64,000 nucleotides of DNA. Source: an uncultured Gammaproteobacteria bacterium. GTDB lineage: Bacteria; Patescibacteriota; Microgenomatia; UBA12405; JAHJSD01. Positions 1 to 11,418 of this stretch are shown one piece after another (position 1 is the stretch's first letter; each line of letters opens with the position of its first letter). Both the position numbers and the translations under genes were made by a program. Location of the stretch: assembly GCA_964428655.1 (NCBI GenBank), contig CAYRYE010000001.1, positions 218,258-282,257 of the forward strand, written 5' to 3'. Below the pieces are notes generated by a model, which worked only from the letters and a program-made list of their open reading frames with translations, did no database searches and was not told where the DNA came from.

Positions 1-2
1 AT

Positions 3-1787
3 GGGGAGGTAAAGTTGACCACTACAGGCAGAGTTCTTTTTAATCAAGTCCTACCTGCGGAATTACGGTTTGTGAATGAACCAGTGGGTTCGAACAAAAT
101 CAAGGAGTTAGTTGGTCGAGCTTTTAATATTTTGGCGAGAGAAAAAGTTGTTGATTTGATTGACGCCCTAAAAGATATTGGTTTTTGGGGAGCTACTTAT
201 TCTGGGATATCTCCTTCCATTTTCGATTGCAGCCTACTGGGTGGGAAGGATAAATTAATTAACCAAGCTAATAAAAAAGCTAGCGAGATAGAAAATAACT
301 ATCACCAGGGGTTGATTACTGATGAAGAAAAAACTCAGTTGATTAAAGATATGTGGATTGAAACAACAGAAGAAATTGCCAGCTTGACTTGGCAGCAGTT
401 TTCTCCCGATGCACCGATAAAACTAATTAGTGACGCTGGAATTAAGCGTGTCACTCGAGATCAAATTAAGCAGATTTCAGGCATGAGGGGGTTAGTGGTT
501 GATCCTTTGGGGAGAATAGTTCCCTTGCCAACTAAGTCTAATTTTAGAGAAGGCCTGTCCGTGTTTGAGTATGTGACTGGTGCCCGAGGATCCAGAAAAG
601 GGTTAACTGATACCGCTTTGAAAACTGCTGATGCTGGTTATTTAACCAGGAGGCTGGTTGATGTAGCTCATTCTTGTTTAATTAGAGAAAAGGATTGTAA
701 AACAACAAAAAGATTGACAATTTCTAAATCTGGACCAAGAAAGCAGTCATTTTCTCGGAGAATTATAGGGAGATTTTTAGCTTTCAGCATAAGGGATCCC
801 AAGACCAACAAAGTGATTTTTAAAAAAGGCACTATTCTGAATGAGAAGGCGGTAGATGTAATAGACAAAAAGGGGATCAAAGAAGTGGCTGTCAGATCAC
901 CTTTTCTTTGTCGAAGCAAATATGGGATTTGTACTAAGTGCTATGGTTGGGATCTTTCTACTCGTAAGGAAGTCAAAGTGGGAACGCCGGTGGGAGTAAT
1001 TGCCGCCCAATCAATCGGTGAACCGGGAACCCAGCTTACTATGAGAACAAAGCATATTGGTGGCGTAATTGGATTGGATGTTACTCAGGGTTTACCTCGG
1101 GTTCAAGAGTTATTGGAAGTTCGTGCTCCCAAGAGCCTGTCTCCACTATCTGAGATAGACGGTAAAACTAAAGTTACTGAAACTGATGAAGGCTATAGGA
1201 TAACTGTTACTGGTAAAAAGGGAAAGAAAAAGACAACTGTCTCTTACCTTATTCCCTTAACCAGTTCTTTATTAGTAAAAACGGGTGATTTTATTAGCAA
1301 AGGAGTTCAACTTACTTCTGGCTCCTTAAATATCGAGGGAGTTTTAAAAGTTAGAGGTATTGAGGCGGCTCAATTTTATCTTTTAGGCGAAGTTCAAAAA
1401 GTTTATGAGTCGCAAGGGATTGTTATTCATGATAAGCATTTTGAAATAATTATTCGTGAAATGAGTGGGCGGATTAGGATTACCAACTCAGGAGATACTG
1501 ATTTACTAGTTGGTGAATATGTGGGAGAGCCGGTATTTGAGGACATTAATGAGAAAATTAAGAAGAAAGCTGGGAGACCAGCCAAAGGTAAAAGGACAAT
1601 TCTGGGATTAATTAAAGCCGCTCTTCATACAGATTCTTGGCTTTCGGCTGCCTCTTTTCAGCAAACTACTAATATTTTGACTGAAGCGGCGATTTTAGGG
1701 AAAAAAGATAGTTTGATTGGTTTAAAAGAGAATGTTATTATTGGACGCTTGATTCCAGTTAGCCCTGAAAAGGCAAAAATTAAGTAA
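3..1787 (+). CDS. rpoC: RNA polymerase beta' subunit, C-terminal part (5'-partial)
   Basis: [42 protein letters not shown] and [13 protein letters not shown] motifs; frame open from the window start. Confidence 0.98.
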   Translation, partial: GEVKLTTTGRVLFNQVLPAELRFVNEPVGSNKIKELVGRAFNILAREKVVDLIDALKDIGFWGATYSGISPSIFDCSLLGGKDKLINQANKKASEIENNYHQGLITDEEKTQLIKDMWIETTEEIASLTWQQFSPDAPIKLISDAGIKRVTRDQIKQISGMRGLVVDPLGRIVPLPTKSNFREGLSVFEYVTGARGSRKGLTDTALKTADAGYLTRRLVDVAHSCLIREKDCKTTKRLTISKSGPRKQSFSRRIIGRFLAFSIRDPKTNKVIFKKGTILNEKAVDVIDKKGIKEVAVRSPFLCRSKYGICTKCYGWDLSTRKEVKVGTPVGVIAAQSIGEPGTQLTMRTKHIGGVIGLDVTQGLPRVQELLEVRAPKSLSPLSEIDGKTKVTETDEGYRITVTGKKGKKKTTVSYLIPLTSSLLVKTGDFISKGVQLTSGSLNIEGVLKVRGIEAAQFYLLGEVQKVYESQGIVIHDKHFEIIIREMSGRIRITNSGDTDLLVGEYVGEPVFEDINEKIKKKAGRPAKGKRTILGLIKAALHTDSWLSAASFQQTTNILTEAAILGKKDSLIGLKENVIIGRLIPVSPEKAKIK

Positions 1788-1809
1788 TGTTAAGGTTTTC
1801 GTTAATTTA

Positions 1810-2259
1810 ATGCCAACATTTAATCAACTGGTACGAAAGGGTAGGAAAAAACCAAGAAAGAAGATAAAAAGCTCCGCTTTGCGTGGTTCCTTTAATTCAA
1901 TTAGAGGAAAGGTGGTTAGTTCAATTTCTTCTCAAAAGCGGGGAGTGGTTACTTTGGTTAAAACCATGCCTCCTAAAAAACCCCACTCAGCTTTGCGTAA
2001 GGTAGCCAGAGTAAGACTTTCCAATAGAAGAGAGGTAACTGCCTACATTCCTGGTGTTGGCCACAACTTAGCCGAGCATGCTGTGGTTTTAATCCGGGGC
2101 GGCAGAGTTAGGGATTTACCAGGGGTTCGTTATCATGTTGTTCGCGGTGTTGCCGATAGTAGCGGAGTAGCAGGTAGGGAAAAGAAACGGAGTAAATATG
2201 GGACTAAAAGGAACGACGTTTCTGAGGAGGAAAACAAAAAGGAGGAAAAAGATGCCTAG
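1810..2259 (+). CDS. rpsL: 30S ribosomal protein S12
   Basis: [38 protein letters not shown]. Confidence 0.98.
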   Translation: MPTFNQLVRKGRKKPRKKIKSSALRGSFNSIRGKVVSSISSQKRGVVTLVKTMPPKKPHSALRKVARVRLSNRREVTAYIPGVGHNLAEHAVVLIRGGRVRDLPGVRYHVVRGVADSSGVAGREKKRSKYGTKRNDVSEEENKKEEKDA

Positions 2260-2731
2260 AAGAGGCTCCGTTAAAAGGAGAACTATTCCACAAGATTTAG
2301 TTTTTAAGAGTGTTTTGGTGTCTCGATTAATCAATCAGGTGATGAAAAGCGGTAAGAAGACTATTGCCCGGAAACATGTTTATCGAGCTTTTGAGATAGT
2401 CAGAGAAAAAACAAAGCTGGAGCCGATTCTTGTTTTTAATAAAGCTGTTGATAATGTTAGACCAAGAGTGGAAGTTAGATCGAGAAGAGTAGGTGGAGCC
2501 GCTTATCAGGTGCCTAGGCCGGTTAGAGGATTAAGACAGGACTCGTTGGCTCTTCGCTGGATTATAGTTGCGGCTAGGGAGAGACCAAACAAGGATTATC
2601 ATACTTTTGCTGAAAAACTGGCCGCCGAACTCATTGATGCTTTTGAAGAAACCGGTGGCGCTTTTAATAAAAAACGAGAAGTTGAAAAAATAGCAGAAGC
2701 TAATAGGGCTTTTGCCCATCTTCGTTGGTAA
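2252..2731 (+). CDS. rpsG: 30S ribosomal protein S7
   Basis: MPRRG start at 2252; [15 protein letters not shown]; AEANRAFAH. Confidence 0.98.
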   Translation: MPRRGSVKRRTIPQDLVFKSVLVSRLINQVMKSGKKTIARKHVYRAFEIVREKTKLEPILVFNKAVDNVRPRVEVRSRRVGGAAYQVPRPVRGLRQDSLALRWIIVAARERPNKDYHTFAEKLAAELIDAFEETGGAFNKKREVEKIAEANRAFAHLRW

Positions 2732-2759
2732 TATTGGAACATTAAGTTAGCATTAAGAT

Positions 2760-4865
2760 ATGAATCAGCAGCGAATAGAAGTAACTAAAAATAGGGATGT
2801 TCCTATGGAGAAAATCAGGAACATTGGTGTTATTGCCCACATTGATGCTGGTAAGACAACTACCACTGAACGAATTTTGTTTTACACAGGCAGGACTTAT
2901 AAGATGGGCAATATTGACGATGGAACTACGGTTACTGATTGGATGGACCAAGAGAAGGAAAGAGGGATTACCATTGTTTCTGCGGCAGTGACTGCTTTTT
3001 GGAAGGAATATAGGTTCAATATCATCGATACTCCAGGCCATGTCGATTTTACTGCCGAAGTCGAAAGATCTTTGCGAGTTTTAGATGGAGCTATTATGGT
3101 TTTTGATGCTGAAGAAGGAGTTCAGGCTCAGTCGGAAACCGTTTGGCATCAAGCTGACAGGTATAAGGTGCCGAGATTGGTTTTTGCCAATAAAATGGAT
3201 AAATTAGGAGCAGATTTTGACAATACCATTGAAATGATTAAAAACAGGCTGGTGGCTAAGCCGGCAATTGTTGCTTATCCAGTAGGTAAGGAACAGGATT
3301 TTAAGGGAGTAATTTTGGTTTTGGAGAAAAAGATGTTGATTTGGGATAAAGGGGAAATGGGAACAGAATATTCAACAGTTAATGTTGCTGATGAGTATCA
3401 AGAGAAAATTGAAAAAATTAGAGCAAAGTTGATTGAAGATATCTGTGGCGAAGATGAGGGACTAATGGAGAAATTTTTGAATAACGAAGAACCAAGTTTG
3501 GAAGAGCTAAAGGCAGGGCTGAGGAAAGCAGTTATTGCCAATAAGTTGGTTCCCGTCTATTGCGGTAGCGCTCTCCGCAATAAAGGTGTTCAACCTCTTT
3601 TGGATGGAGTAATAGATTATCTTCCCTCTCCCTTGGATTTGCCTCCGGTTAAAGGTGTCAATCCTAAAACAGGAGAGGAAGAAAGAAGATCCCCTAAAAA
3701 AGAGGAGCCCTTTTCGGCCCTTCTGTTTAAGGTTCAAACTGATCCCCATGTGGGCAAGCTTTCCTATTTAAGAATTTATTCCGGTAAATTGAAAAGTGCT
3801 TCGACTGTTTATAATGCCTCTAAAAAAAGCTCTGAGAGGATAGGCAGACTATTATTAATGCATGCCAATAAAAGAGAAGGAATTGAGGAGGCATTCGCTG
3901 GAGAAATAGTTGCCGCTGTTGGTCTTAAAGAATCTGCAACTGGGGATACACTTTGTCAGCAGGGACAAACAATTAATTTTGAGTCGATAAGCTTTCCTGA
4001 TCCAGTTATCTCTTTGGCGATTGAACCGGAAACAAAATCAGATCAGGAAAAACTTAGTGCAGCTTTAAGTAAATTAGGCGAGGAAGACCCTACTTTTAAA
4101 ACCAAGATTGATCATGAGACGGGTCAGACAATTATCTCCGGGATGGGAGAACTTCATTTGGAAATTTTGGTTGAGAGAATGAAACGAGAGTTTAGCATTC
4201 ATGTTAATGTTGGCAAGCCCCAGATTGCTTATCGAGAGACTATTACTGAAGCAGAGTCTGGTGAGGGAAAATATATTCGACAAACTGGCGGTCGGGGTCA
4301 ATATGGCCATTGTTTTTTACGAATTGAGCCCCTAGAGAGGGGCGGCGGTTTTGAATTTGAATCTAAAATTAAAGGAGCAGCAATTCCGGCTAATTTTATT
4401 CCAGCAATAAAAAAGGGTGTTAGAGAGGCAATGGAGAAAGGTGTTGTTGCGGGTTATCCTTTGGTTGACATGAGGATAGTTGTTTATGATGGCAGCTATC
4501 ATGACGTTGACTCTTCTGATTTGGCTTTTAAGATTGCCGGCTCGATTGCCTTACAGGCGGCGGTTAAAAAAGCGGTTCCTGTCATTTTGGAACCAATTAT
4601 GAAGCTTGAGGTAAACGCACCTGAAGAATTTCTTGGTCAAGTTATTGGCGATCTTTCTTCAAGAAGGGCTCAGATCCTGGGTACGGAAGATAGGGGCCAA
4701 TTAAAGATAATTAGTTGCTTAATTCCTCTTGAGGCCGCTCGAGGCTATGCTACAATAATAAGGAGTCTAACTCAGGGTCGGGGCTCTTTCTACATGGAGC
4801 CTTCGCATTATCAAGGAGTGCCTAAAAATGTCCAGGAGGATATTATTGCAAAAAAGACAGCCTAA
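2760..4865 (+). CDS. fusA: Elongation factor G
   Basis: RNIGVIAHIDAGKTTTTERILFY, DTPGHVDF, NKMD, GMGELHLE. Confidence 0.99.
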   Translation: MNQQRIEVTKNRDVPMEKIRNIGVIAHIDAGKTTTTERILFYTGRTYKMGNIDDGTTVTDWMDQEKERGITIVSAAVTAFWKEYRFNIIDTPGHVDFTAEVERSLRVLDGAIMVFDAEEGVQAQSETVWHQADRYKVPRLVFANKMDKLGADFDNTIEMIKNRLVAKPAIVAYPVGKEQDFKGVILVLEKKMLIWDKGEMGTEYSTVNVADEYQEKIEKIRAKLIEDICGEDEGLMEKFLNNEEPSLEELKAGLRKAVIANKLVPVYCGSALRNKGVQPLLDGVIDYLPSPLDLPPVKGVNPKTGEEERRSPKKEEPFSALLFKVQTDPHVGKLSYLRIYSGKLKSASTVYNASKKSSERIGRLLLMHANKREGIEEAFAGEIVAAVGLKESATGDTLCQQGQTINFESISFPDPVISLAIEPETKSDQEKLSAALSKLGEEDPTFKTKIDHETGQTIISGMGELHLEILVERMKREFSIHVNVGKPQIAYRETITEAESGEGKYIRQTGGRGQYGHCFLRIEPLERGGGFEFESKIKGAAIPANFIPAIKKGVREAMEKGVVAGYPLVDMRIVVYDGSYHDVDSSDLAFKIAGSIALQAAVKKAVPVILEPIMKLEVNAPEEFLGQVIGDLSSRRAQILGTEDRGQLKIISCLIPLEAARGYATIIRSLTQGRGSFYMEPSHYQGVPKNVQEDIIAKKTA

Positions 4866-4928
4866 TGGTAGAATTTTAAAGCGAAATTAAAGTTTAGTTA
4901 AATTTTTTGATTTTTTCAAGGAGGTATT

Positions 4929-6116
4929 ATGGCTGATGCATTTAAGAGAGATAAACCACATGTTAATGTGGGAACAATTGGGCACATTGATCATGGTAAG
5001 ACTACCCTCACCGCGGCGATTTTGAAAGTTTTAGAGGAAAAAGGGCAGGCTGAGTTTAAATCGTATGAAGATATTGCCAAGGGTGGTGTTGTTCGTGATC
5101 AAAGTAAGATTTTAACTGTTTCCGTGGCTCACGTTGAGTATGAGACAGAAAAACGGCATTATGCCCATATTGATTGTCCGGGGCATGCCGACTACATTAA
5201 GAATATGATCACTGGAGCTGCTCAGATGGATGGGGCTATTTTGGTTGTTTCTGCCCCAGATGGGCCAATGCCTCAAACCAGGGAACACGTTTTATTAGCC
5301 AAACAAGTTAATGTTCCGGCAATTGTTGTTTTTCTCAACAAGGTTGAATTAGTTGACGATGCCGAATTTCTTGATTTGGTTGAGATGGAAATTAGGGAAC
5401 TTTTAAAGAAATATGAATTTAAAGGAGATAAAATTCCCATCATTCATGGTTCTGCCCTTAAAGCGCTTAAAGGTGATGAAAAAGCCAAGAAATCGATCTT
5501 AGAGCTGATGAAGGCAGTTGATGAGCATATCCCCACTCCTAAGCGTGATTTAGATAAGCCATTTTTGATGCCGATTGAGGACGTTTTCTCAATTAAAGGC
5601 AGAGGGACGGTAGTTACTGGAAGAATTGATAGGGGTAAGGTTAAGGTTAATGATGAGGTTGAAATTGTTGGCCTACTCGATACTAGAAAGACAGTTGTCA
5701 CTGGAATAGAGATGTTCCACAAAAGTTTAAAAGAGGGACAAGCAGGTGACAACGCTGGCGTTCTCCTCAGAGGAATAGAAAAGAAAGACATAGAGAGGGG
5801 AGTGGTTTTGGCTAAGCCGGGATCAATTACACCTCATACTAAAGTTGAGGCGGAGATTTATGTCCTTAAAAAAGAGGAGGGGGGTCGGCACACTCCATTT
5901 TTCTCTGGATACAGGCCTCAAATTTATATTCGAACCACCGATGTTACTGGTGAAATTACTCTCCCCGATGGAGTGGAAATGGTTATGCCTGGCGACAATG
6001 CCACGGTAACTATTAAATTGATTAAGCCGGTGGCGCTTGAACAGGGGTCTACTTTTGCTATTCGGGAAGGCGGCAAGACTGTAGGGGCGGGAGTAGTTGC
6101 TAAGGTTTTAAAATAA
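4929..6116 (+). CDS. tuf: Elongation factor Tu (divergent switch I)
   Basis: [39 protein letters not shown]; SD AAGGAGG upstream. Confidence 0.99.
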   Translation: MADAFKRDKPHVNVGTIGHIDHGKTTLTAAILKVLEEKGQAEFKSYEDIAKGGVVRDQSKILTVSVAHVEYETEKRHYAHIDCPGHADYIKNMITGAAQMDGAILVVSAPDGPMPQTREHVLLAKQVNVPAIVVFLNKVELVDDAEFLDLVEMEIRELLKKYEFKGDKIPIIHGSALKALKGDEKAKKSILELMKAVDEHIPTPKRDLDKPFLMPIEDVFSIKGRGTVVTGRIDRGKVKVNDEVEIVGLLDTRKTVVTGIEMFHKSLKEGQAGDNAGVLLRGIEKKDIERGVVLAKPGSITPHTKVEAEIYVLKKEEGGRHTPFFSGYRPQIYIRTTDVTGEITLPDGVEMVMPGDNATVTIKLIKPVALEQGSTFAIREGGKTVGAGVVAKVLK

Positions 6117-6130
6117 TAGAATAAACAGAA

Positions 6131-6442
6131 ATGCCTAAAGGCAATAGTATTAGAGTACGTTTAAAAGCATGGGATCATCGAGTAATCGATGAAGCAGCGG
6201 CTAAGATAATCCAGGTGGCTATAAACACTGGGGCAAGAATAGTTGGCCCGGTGCCATTGCCAACTAGGCGCAAATTGTTTGTGGTTACCGTTAGTCCTCA
6301 TACTGATAAGGATGCTCGGGAACACTTTGAGCTTTTAACTCATCAGCGCTTCATTGAGATTAAAGATGCTGGCATGAGAACAATAGATGGTTTACAACAT
6401 TTAGAATTACCAGCAGGAGTAGAGATAACAATCAAAATGTAA
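6131..6442 (+). CDS. rpsJ: 30S ribosomal protein S10
   Basis: IRVRLKAWDH, GPVPLPT, SPHTDKDAREHFE. Confidence 0.98.
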   Translation: MPKGNSIRVRLKAWDHRVIDEAAAKIIQVAINTGARIVGPVPLPTRRKLFVVTVSPHTDKDAREHFELLTHQRFIEIKDAGMRTIDGLQHLELPAGVEITIKM

Positions 6443-6470
6443 TTTTAGAGAGGTAATTTTTAGTTTTTTC

Positions 6471-6492
6471 GGGGGCCTCTGGCCCCCTTTTT
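6471..6492 (+). terminator. Intrinsic terminator-like hairpin between rpsJ and rplC
   Basis: GGGGGCC-TCT-GGCCCCC followed by TTTTT. Confidence 0.7.
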
Positions 6493-6501
6493 GTTTATAT
6501 T

Positions 6502-7149
6502 ATGAAAGGATTTTTGGTTAAGAAACTGGGCATGACGCATAAATTCCGTCAAGACGGAACTTTGGTGGCAGCTACTATTTGTCGGGCAGCTCCGTGCTTT
6601 GTTGTGGGCTTAGGAGCAAAAGATGAAAATGGTAATTTAGCAGTCCAATTAGCCGCTGGTAGAAAAAAACGGATTAATAAGCCCTTATCAGGTCAGATGG
6701 GAAAAGCAGGTGTAAACTTTGCTCCCGAAATTATCCGTGAGTTCAGGTTGAGCGCTAAAGACAAAATACCTAAGTTGGGGGGGGAAATTATGGTTTCAAA
6801 AGTTATTTCTCCCGGGATGTTTGTTGATGTGATTGGTGTCAGTAAAGGGCGGGGATTTGCTGGGGTTATTAAGCGCTGGGGATTTCATAGTCAACCGGCC
6901 ACTCATGGTCAGAGGGATAGGGAACGTTCTCCGGGTTCTATCGGGGCTCAAACCCCAGGAAGGGTGATTAAAGGCAAGAAAATGCCGGGTCACTTAGGCA
7001 ACCGGAGAAAAACTGTTCTTAATCTGGAAATTCTCTCGGTTGATAATAAAAAGGGAGAAATTCTAATTAAGGGGGCGGTGCCTGGATTTAAAGGTGGATG
7101 GTTGTTAGTTTTGGTGAAGAGAAAACTAAATGACAAAGAAAAATCTTAA
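6502..7149 (+). CDS. rplC: 50S ribosomal protein L3
   Basis: KLGMT, SKGRGFAGVIKRWGF, KGKKMPGHLG. Confidence 0.98.
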   Translation: MKGFLVKKLGMTHKFRQDGTLVAATICRAAPCFVVGLGAKDENGNLAVQLAAGRKKRINKPLSGQMGKAGVNFAPEIIREFRLSAKDKIPKLGGEIMVSKVISPGMFVDVIGVSKGRGFAGVIKRWGFHSQPATHGQRDRERSPGSIGAQTPGRVIKGKKMPGHLGNRRKTVLNLEILSVDNKKGEILIKGAVPGFKGGWLLVLVKRKLNDKEKS

Positions 7150-7798
7150 ACTGCCGGTTCTGGATATATCGGGAAAAACTATCAAGGAGATGGTTTTGCC
7201 GGAGAAAATTTTTTCAGCTAAGCTGAATTTGCCTTTAATGGCTCAGGCAGTTAGGATTTATCTCCTGAATCAGAGGAAAGCTTTTGCCAAGGTTAAGACT
7301 CGAGGTGAGGTTCGTGGTTCTGGGAGGAAAATTTGGCGTCAAAAGGGAACTGGTCAAGCCAGACACGGTGATCGCTATGCTCCTATTTTTGTTGGTGGTG
7401 GCCGGGCTCACGGGCCTAAAGGTAATCAGGCCTACCGGTTAAAAATGAGTAAAAAAATGAAACGAGCCGCTTTATTTAGCGCTTTGACAGCGAAACTAAA
7501 TGATAAAAGGATACTTATTGTTGAAGGTTTAAAGGATATTCAACCAAAAACTAAAAATTCCCGAGAAATTTTGATTCAAATTTTTGGCAAGGAATTTGAC
7601 GAGACCAAAAAGCACCTCTTGGTTTTGCCGGAAAGATGGCCCAAAACAATAATGGGCTTCAGGAATCTTTCCTCAATTAATTTTTCCCTAGCCAGCAACC
7701 TCAACACTTACCAGGTTTTAAATAATGAGTGGCTGATACTTGTGCCGGATTCGATTAAAAAGATAGCTGAAAGAGTCAAGGAGAAAAAAAATGGATGA
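7130..7798 (+). CDS. rplD: 50S ribosomal protein L4
   Basis: KTRGEVRGSGRKIWRQKGTGQARHG. Confidence 0.98.
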   Translation: MTKKNLKLPVLDISGKTIKEMVLPEKIFSAKLNLPLMAQAVRIYLLNQRKAFAKVKTRGEVRGSGRKIWRQKGTGQARHGDRYAPIFVGGGRAHGPKGNQAYRLKMSKKMKRAALFSALTAKLNDKRILIVEGLKDIQPKTKNSREILIQIFGKEFDETKKHLLVLPERWPKTIMGFRNLSSINFSLASNLNTYQVLNNEWLILVPDSIKKIAERVKEKKNG

Positions 7799-8087
7799 TT
7801 ATCATGTCATTTTAAAACCAGTAAGGACTGAAAAAAGTCTAAAAGATCAAGAGAATAATCGCTATCTCTTTTGGGTTGATCCTAAGGCAACTAAGAATCA
7901 GATTAAAAGGGCATTTAAAAAATTGTTTGGCATTGAACCCCTTGCGGTTCGAACAATGCTGTTAAAGGGTCAAACAAAATTATTGCGGTCTCAGAACAGG
8001 CTTGTTAGAGCTCCAAAGAGAAAAAAGGCAATTATCCAATTAAGGGAAAAGGAAAAGATTCCGTTAGTAGTTTCAAAGAGTAAATAA
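7791..8087 (+). CDS. rplW: 50S ribosomal protein L23
   Basis: ILKPVRTEKS, F-VD-KATKNQIK, KKAII; operon position. Confidence 0.95.
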   Translation: MDDYHVILKPVRTEKSLKDQENNRYLFWVDPKATKNQIKRAFKKLFGIEPLAVRTMLLKGQTKLLRSQNRLVRAPKRKKAIIQLREKEKIPLVVSKSK

Positions 8088-8088
8088 A

Positions 8089-8859
8089 ATGACTCGTAGG
8101 TTGATCAAGAGATTGGTTAAGATCAAAAAAAAGAAAAGCGGCCGGGACAGCCGGGGCAGGATAAGTGTTCGTCACCAGGGCGGCCAGCATAAACGCTACA
8201 TTAGGTTGATTGACTGGAAGAGAAGCAAAAGAGATATCTCTGGTAAGGTTGCTGGTATTGAATATGATCCTAATAGGAGCGCCAATATTGCTCTTATCGT
8301 TTACCCGGATGGGGAGAAAAAATATATTATTGCTCCGGTAGAGCTTAAGGTTGGTGATAAGATAATATCTAGTGAAAAGGCAGAAATTAAGCTTGGTAAT
8401 GCGCTGCCATTGAAGAGTATCCCTGTTGGAGTACCGATTCATAATCTGGAAATCATTCCGGGTAAGGGCGCTCAAATAGTTCGAGGCGCCGGAGTTCACG
8501 CTTTTATTAAAAGTAAGAGCAAAAAAAGAGCCAAGGTCAAGCTTCCTTCTGGCGAGATAAGGCTCTTTTCTCTTAAATGTTGGGCTACAATCGGCCGGGG
8601 GGATAATGTTGATCACAAATTTAGAAAGTTGAAAAAGGCTGGTGACAAAAGACATCGGGGCGTTAGGCCAGCAGTTAGGGGTGTAGCTCAGCATCCTGGT
8701 TCTCACCCCCATGGCGGCGGCGAGGGTAGATCACCGATCGGAATGAGTTCGCCAAAATCACCTTGGGGAAAGAAAACTTTAGGTAAGAAAACTAGGAAAA
8801 GAAAAAAATATTCTGATAAGTTAATTGTTTCTGCCAGAGGCAGGAAAAGGAGGAAATAA
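8089..8859 (+). CDS. rplB: 50S ribosomal protein L2 (short N-terminus)
   Basis: [31 protein letters not shown]. Confidence 0.98.
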   Translation: MTRRLIKRLVKIKKKKSGRDSRGRISVRHQGGQHKRYIRLIDWKRSKRDISGKVAGIEYDPNRSANIALIVYPDGEKKYIIAPVELKVGDKIISSEKAEIKLGNALPLKSIPVGVPIHNLEIIPGKGAQIVRGAGVHAFIKSKSKKRAKVKLPSGEIRLFSLKCWATIGRGDNVDHKFRKLKKAGDKRHRGVRPAVRGVAQHPGSHPHGGGEGRSPIGMSSPKSPWGKKTLGKKTRKRKKYSDKLIVSARGRKRRK

Positions 8860-8861
8860 TT

Positions 8862-9146
8862 ATGTCTCGCAGCTCAAAGAAGGGACCATATATTGATGAA
8901 AAGTTATTAAAAAAGGTGATGGTCCAAAAAAAAGCGGGCGATAAGGGTGCTATTAAAACATGGGCTAGGAATTCTCAGATTCCTCCAGAGTTTGTTGGTC
9001 ACACCTTTGAAGTTCATAACGGCAGAAAGTTCATTAAGGTATTTGTTACCGAGGAGATGGTTGGCCATCGCTTAGGTGAATTTTCTCCTACGAGAACATT
9101 TAGAGGCCACGGAAAAGTTGTTAAGAGAATTGTTGAGAAAACATAA
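8862..9146 (+). CDS. rpsS: 30S ribosomal protein S19
   Basis: [28 protein letters not shown]. Confidence 0.98.
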   Translation: MSRSSKKGPYIDEKLLKKVMVQKKAGDKGAIKTWARNSQIPPEFVGHTFEVHNGRKFIKVFVTEEMVGHRLGEFSPTRTFRGHGKVVKRIVEKT

Positions 9147-9164
9147 TTTAATTATCAATTATTG

Positions 9165-9542
9165 ATGAATAAAAATAAAATAATTAAAAAAAAATTAATC
9201 GAGGTGAAAACTGAAGCAAAGTATTTGCCGATTTCGGCGCGGAAATTGAGATTGATTGTTAATGAGATTAAGGAAATGAAGCCCAGTGAGGCGCTGAGGA
9301 AGTTGGCTTTTCTGAATAAAAAAGGAGCCCGATTTTTGATTAAAGCGATTAAAACAGTGATAGCCGATTCGAAATATAATTTTAAGTTGAATAAAGATAG
9401 CCTTTGTTTTAAGGAGATTTTGGTTAATAAGGGGCCGAGCTTGAAGAGAAGGGACAAGTCTCATGGGGCCCGTTTTCATAGCGGCGTTATTAAGAAATCA
9501 AGAGCTCATTTAGTAGTTAAGGTTGTTGGAGAGAAGGAGTAA
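9165..9542 (+). CDS. rplV: 50S ribosomal protein L22
   Basis: ISARKLRL, VNKGPSLKR; operon position. Confidence 0.95.
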   Translation: MNKNKIIKKKLIEVKTEAKYLPISARKLRLIVNEIKEMKPSEALRKLAFLNKKGARFLIKAIKTVIADSKYNFKLNKDSLCFKEILVNKGPSLKRRDKSHGARFHSGVIKKSRAHLVVKVVGEKE

Positions 9543-10192
9543 TGGGTCAAAAAGTTAACCCGATTAGTTTTAGACTAGGTGTAAAGGGAAGTTCATCTCA
9601 ATGGAAATCTCAGTGGTTTGCCAAGAAAAGAGACTACAAGAAGTTTATTATTGAGGATCTTAGAATCAGACAATTTTTAGAAGAGAGGTTAAAGTTGGCT
9701 GGCCTAATAGATATCAAAATCGAGCGGCTTAAGAATCAAATAAAAATAATTATTCAGGCTAGCCGTCCTGGTGTGATTATTGGTCGAGGCGGTAAGGGAT
9801 TGGAAGATTTAAAAAAACATCTAATTAAATTAGTGACTATTGCTGAGCCGGAAAAGAATTTGGAGATAGAAGTTGAAGAAGTTAAAAATGCGGAACTATC
9901 AGCAAGATTTATTACCAATAGAGTTATCAATCAAATTGAGAGGAGAATGCCTTATCGCCGGATAGCTTATCGAGCCATGGAGTCGGTAATGAATGCTGGC
10001 GCTTTAGGGATAAGGCTGGTTCTTTCTGGTCGTATTGCTGGAGTTGAAGTCTCTCGAGTGGAAAAGTTTTCTCGAGGCAAAGTTCCATTAAGTTCAATTA
10101 GAGCTGATATTGACTACTTCGAGAAACCGGCTCTGACAAGATCTGGATATATTGGTGTTAAGGTTTATATTAATCGAGGCGAAAGAGATTGA
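9542..10192 (+). CDS. rpsC: 30S ribosomal protein S3
   Basis: [36 protein letters not shown]. Confidence 0.98.
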   Translation: MGQKVNPISFRLGVKGSSSQWKSQWFAKKRDYKKFIIEDLRIRQFLEERLKLAGLIDIKIERLKNQIKIIIQASRPGVIIGRGGKGLEDLKKHLIKLVTIAEPEKNLEIEVEEVKNAELSARFITNRVINQIERRMPYRRIAYRAMESVMNAGALGIRLVLSGRIAGVEVSRVEKFSRGKVPLSSIRADIDYFEKPALTRSGYIGVKVYINRGERD

Positions 10193-10605
10193 TGCTGCAG
10201 CCGAAAAAAACAAAGTATCGAAAGCAATTCAGAGGCCGAATGAAGGGAAAGAGTGTTGCTGGCTCGAGGATAAATTTTGGCGAGTTTGGCCTAAAGAGTC
10301 TTGGCAGGGGTTGGCTGAGTGCGGCTCAGATTGAAGCAGGCAGAAGGGCGATTACTCACTATACTAAAAGAAAAGCCAAGGTTTGGATTAGGGTTTTTCC
10401 CGATAAACCGGTCACTAAGAAAGCGCCAGGCGCGCCAATGGGAGCGGGAAAAGGCGATATCGATCATTGGGTGGTAGTTGTTAAGCCGGGAAGGATTTTA
10501 TTTGAGTTAAGAGGTGTTCCTTCCGATGTGGCCAAAGAAGCCTTAAGGAGAGCCGGACATAAGTTGCCGTTTAAGACCAAGATTATTAGCAAGGGGAAAG
10601 AATGA
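10192..10605 (+). CDS. rplP: 50S ribosomal protein L16
   Basis: [31 protein letters not shown]. Confidence 0.98.
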   Translation: MLQPKKTKYRKQFRGRMKGKSVAGSRINFGEFGLKSLGRGWLSAAQIEAGRRAITHYTKRKAKVWIRVFPDKPVTKKAPGAPMGAGKGDIDHWVVVVKPGRILFELRGVPSDVAKEALRRAGHKLPFKTKIISKGKE

Positions 10606-10817
10606 AAAAAAAGAGAAAGATAGAATTGCGGGGGAAAACCATTGCCGAACTAAAATTAGATCTGGAAAAAAGACAGAAGGGTTTGGTTGAAGCTAGATTC
10701 AAATTAGCCCAGGAGCAGTTGAAAGATGTTCACTTGCCTGCCAAAATTAGACACGAAATCACAGTTATAAAAACTATTATTAGTGAGAAATCTACTCTGG
10801 GGGGGAATAAAAAATGA
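10602..10817 (+). CDS. rpmC: 50S ribosomal protein L29
   Basis: [22 protein letters not shown]; operon position. Confidence 0.92.
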   Translation: MKKKRKIELRGKTIAELKLDLEKRQKGLVEARFKLAQEQLKDVHLPAKIRHEITVIKTIISEKSTLGGNKK

Positions 10818-11053
10818 GAAAACAATTTGTAGGGGAGGTCGTTTCTGACAAAATGTCCAAAACAGTGGTTGTTTTAGTTAGGCGAAAAACACGACACCCT
10901 CTTTACCGAAAAGTAATTTCTAAAAGAAAGAAGCTTTACGCCGATAATAAAAAAGGAGCTAAGCTTGGCGACCAGGTCAGAATTGAAGAAACTCGGCCTT
11001 TGAGTCGGTTGAAAAGGTTTAAAGTTATTGAAGTTATTAAGAACCCAAAATGA
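10814..11053 (+). CDS. rpsQ: 30S ribosomal protein S17
   Basis: GEVVSDKMSKT, HPLY, ETRPLSR. Confidence 0.97.
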   Translation: MRKQFVGEVVSDKMSKTVVVLVRRKTRHPLYRKVISKRKKLYADNKKGAKLGDQVRIEETRPLSRLKRFKVIEVIKNPK

Positions 11054-11418
11054 TTCAACTGAGAAGTATTCTTAAGCCAGCTGACAATGTAGGTGTAAAA
11101 AAATTAATGGTCATTCATGTTATGGGTGGTTCCAAGAGAAGAACGGGTAGTCTTGGCGACTTAGCAGTAGCCACTGTCAAGGAAGCCTTGCCTAATGGCG
11201 TAATTAAAAAAGGTGAAAAGGTTCGGGTAGTAATTGTTAGGGCTAGAAAAGAAAGGCGAAGAAAAGATGGCTCATCGATCCGGTTTGATGATAATGCTGC
11301 CGTTATTGTTGATAAACAGGGCAACCCAAAAGGAAGCAGGATTTTTGGTCCGGTGGCCAGAGAAGTAAAAGAAGCTGGTTTTAGTAAAATTGCCGCTATG
11401 GCAAAGGAGCTAATATGA
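11050..11418 (+). CDS. rplN: 50S ribosomal protein L14
   Basis: MIQLRSILKPADN, IRFDDNAAV, RIFGPVARE. Confidence 0.98.
   Translation: MIQLRSILKPADNVGVKKLMVIHVMGGSKRRTGSLGDLAVATVKEALPNGVIKKGEKVRVVIVRARKERRRKDGSSIRFDDNAAVIVDKQGNPKGSRIFGPVAREVKEAGFSKIAAMAKELI

Noticed and set aside
8032-8712. Long antisense ORFs over ribosomal genes (also 11115-11576, 19620-20144 and similar)
   Set aside because: Opposite well-conserved genes, with no motifs or expression signals
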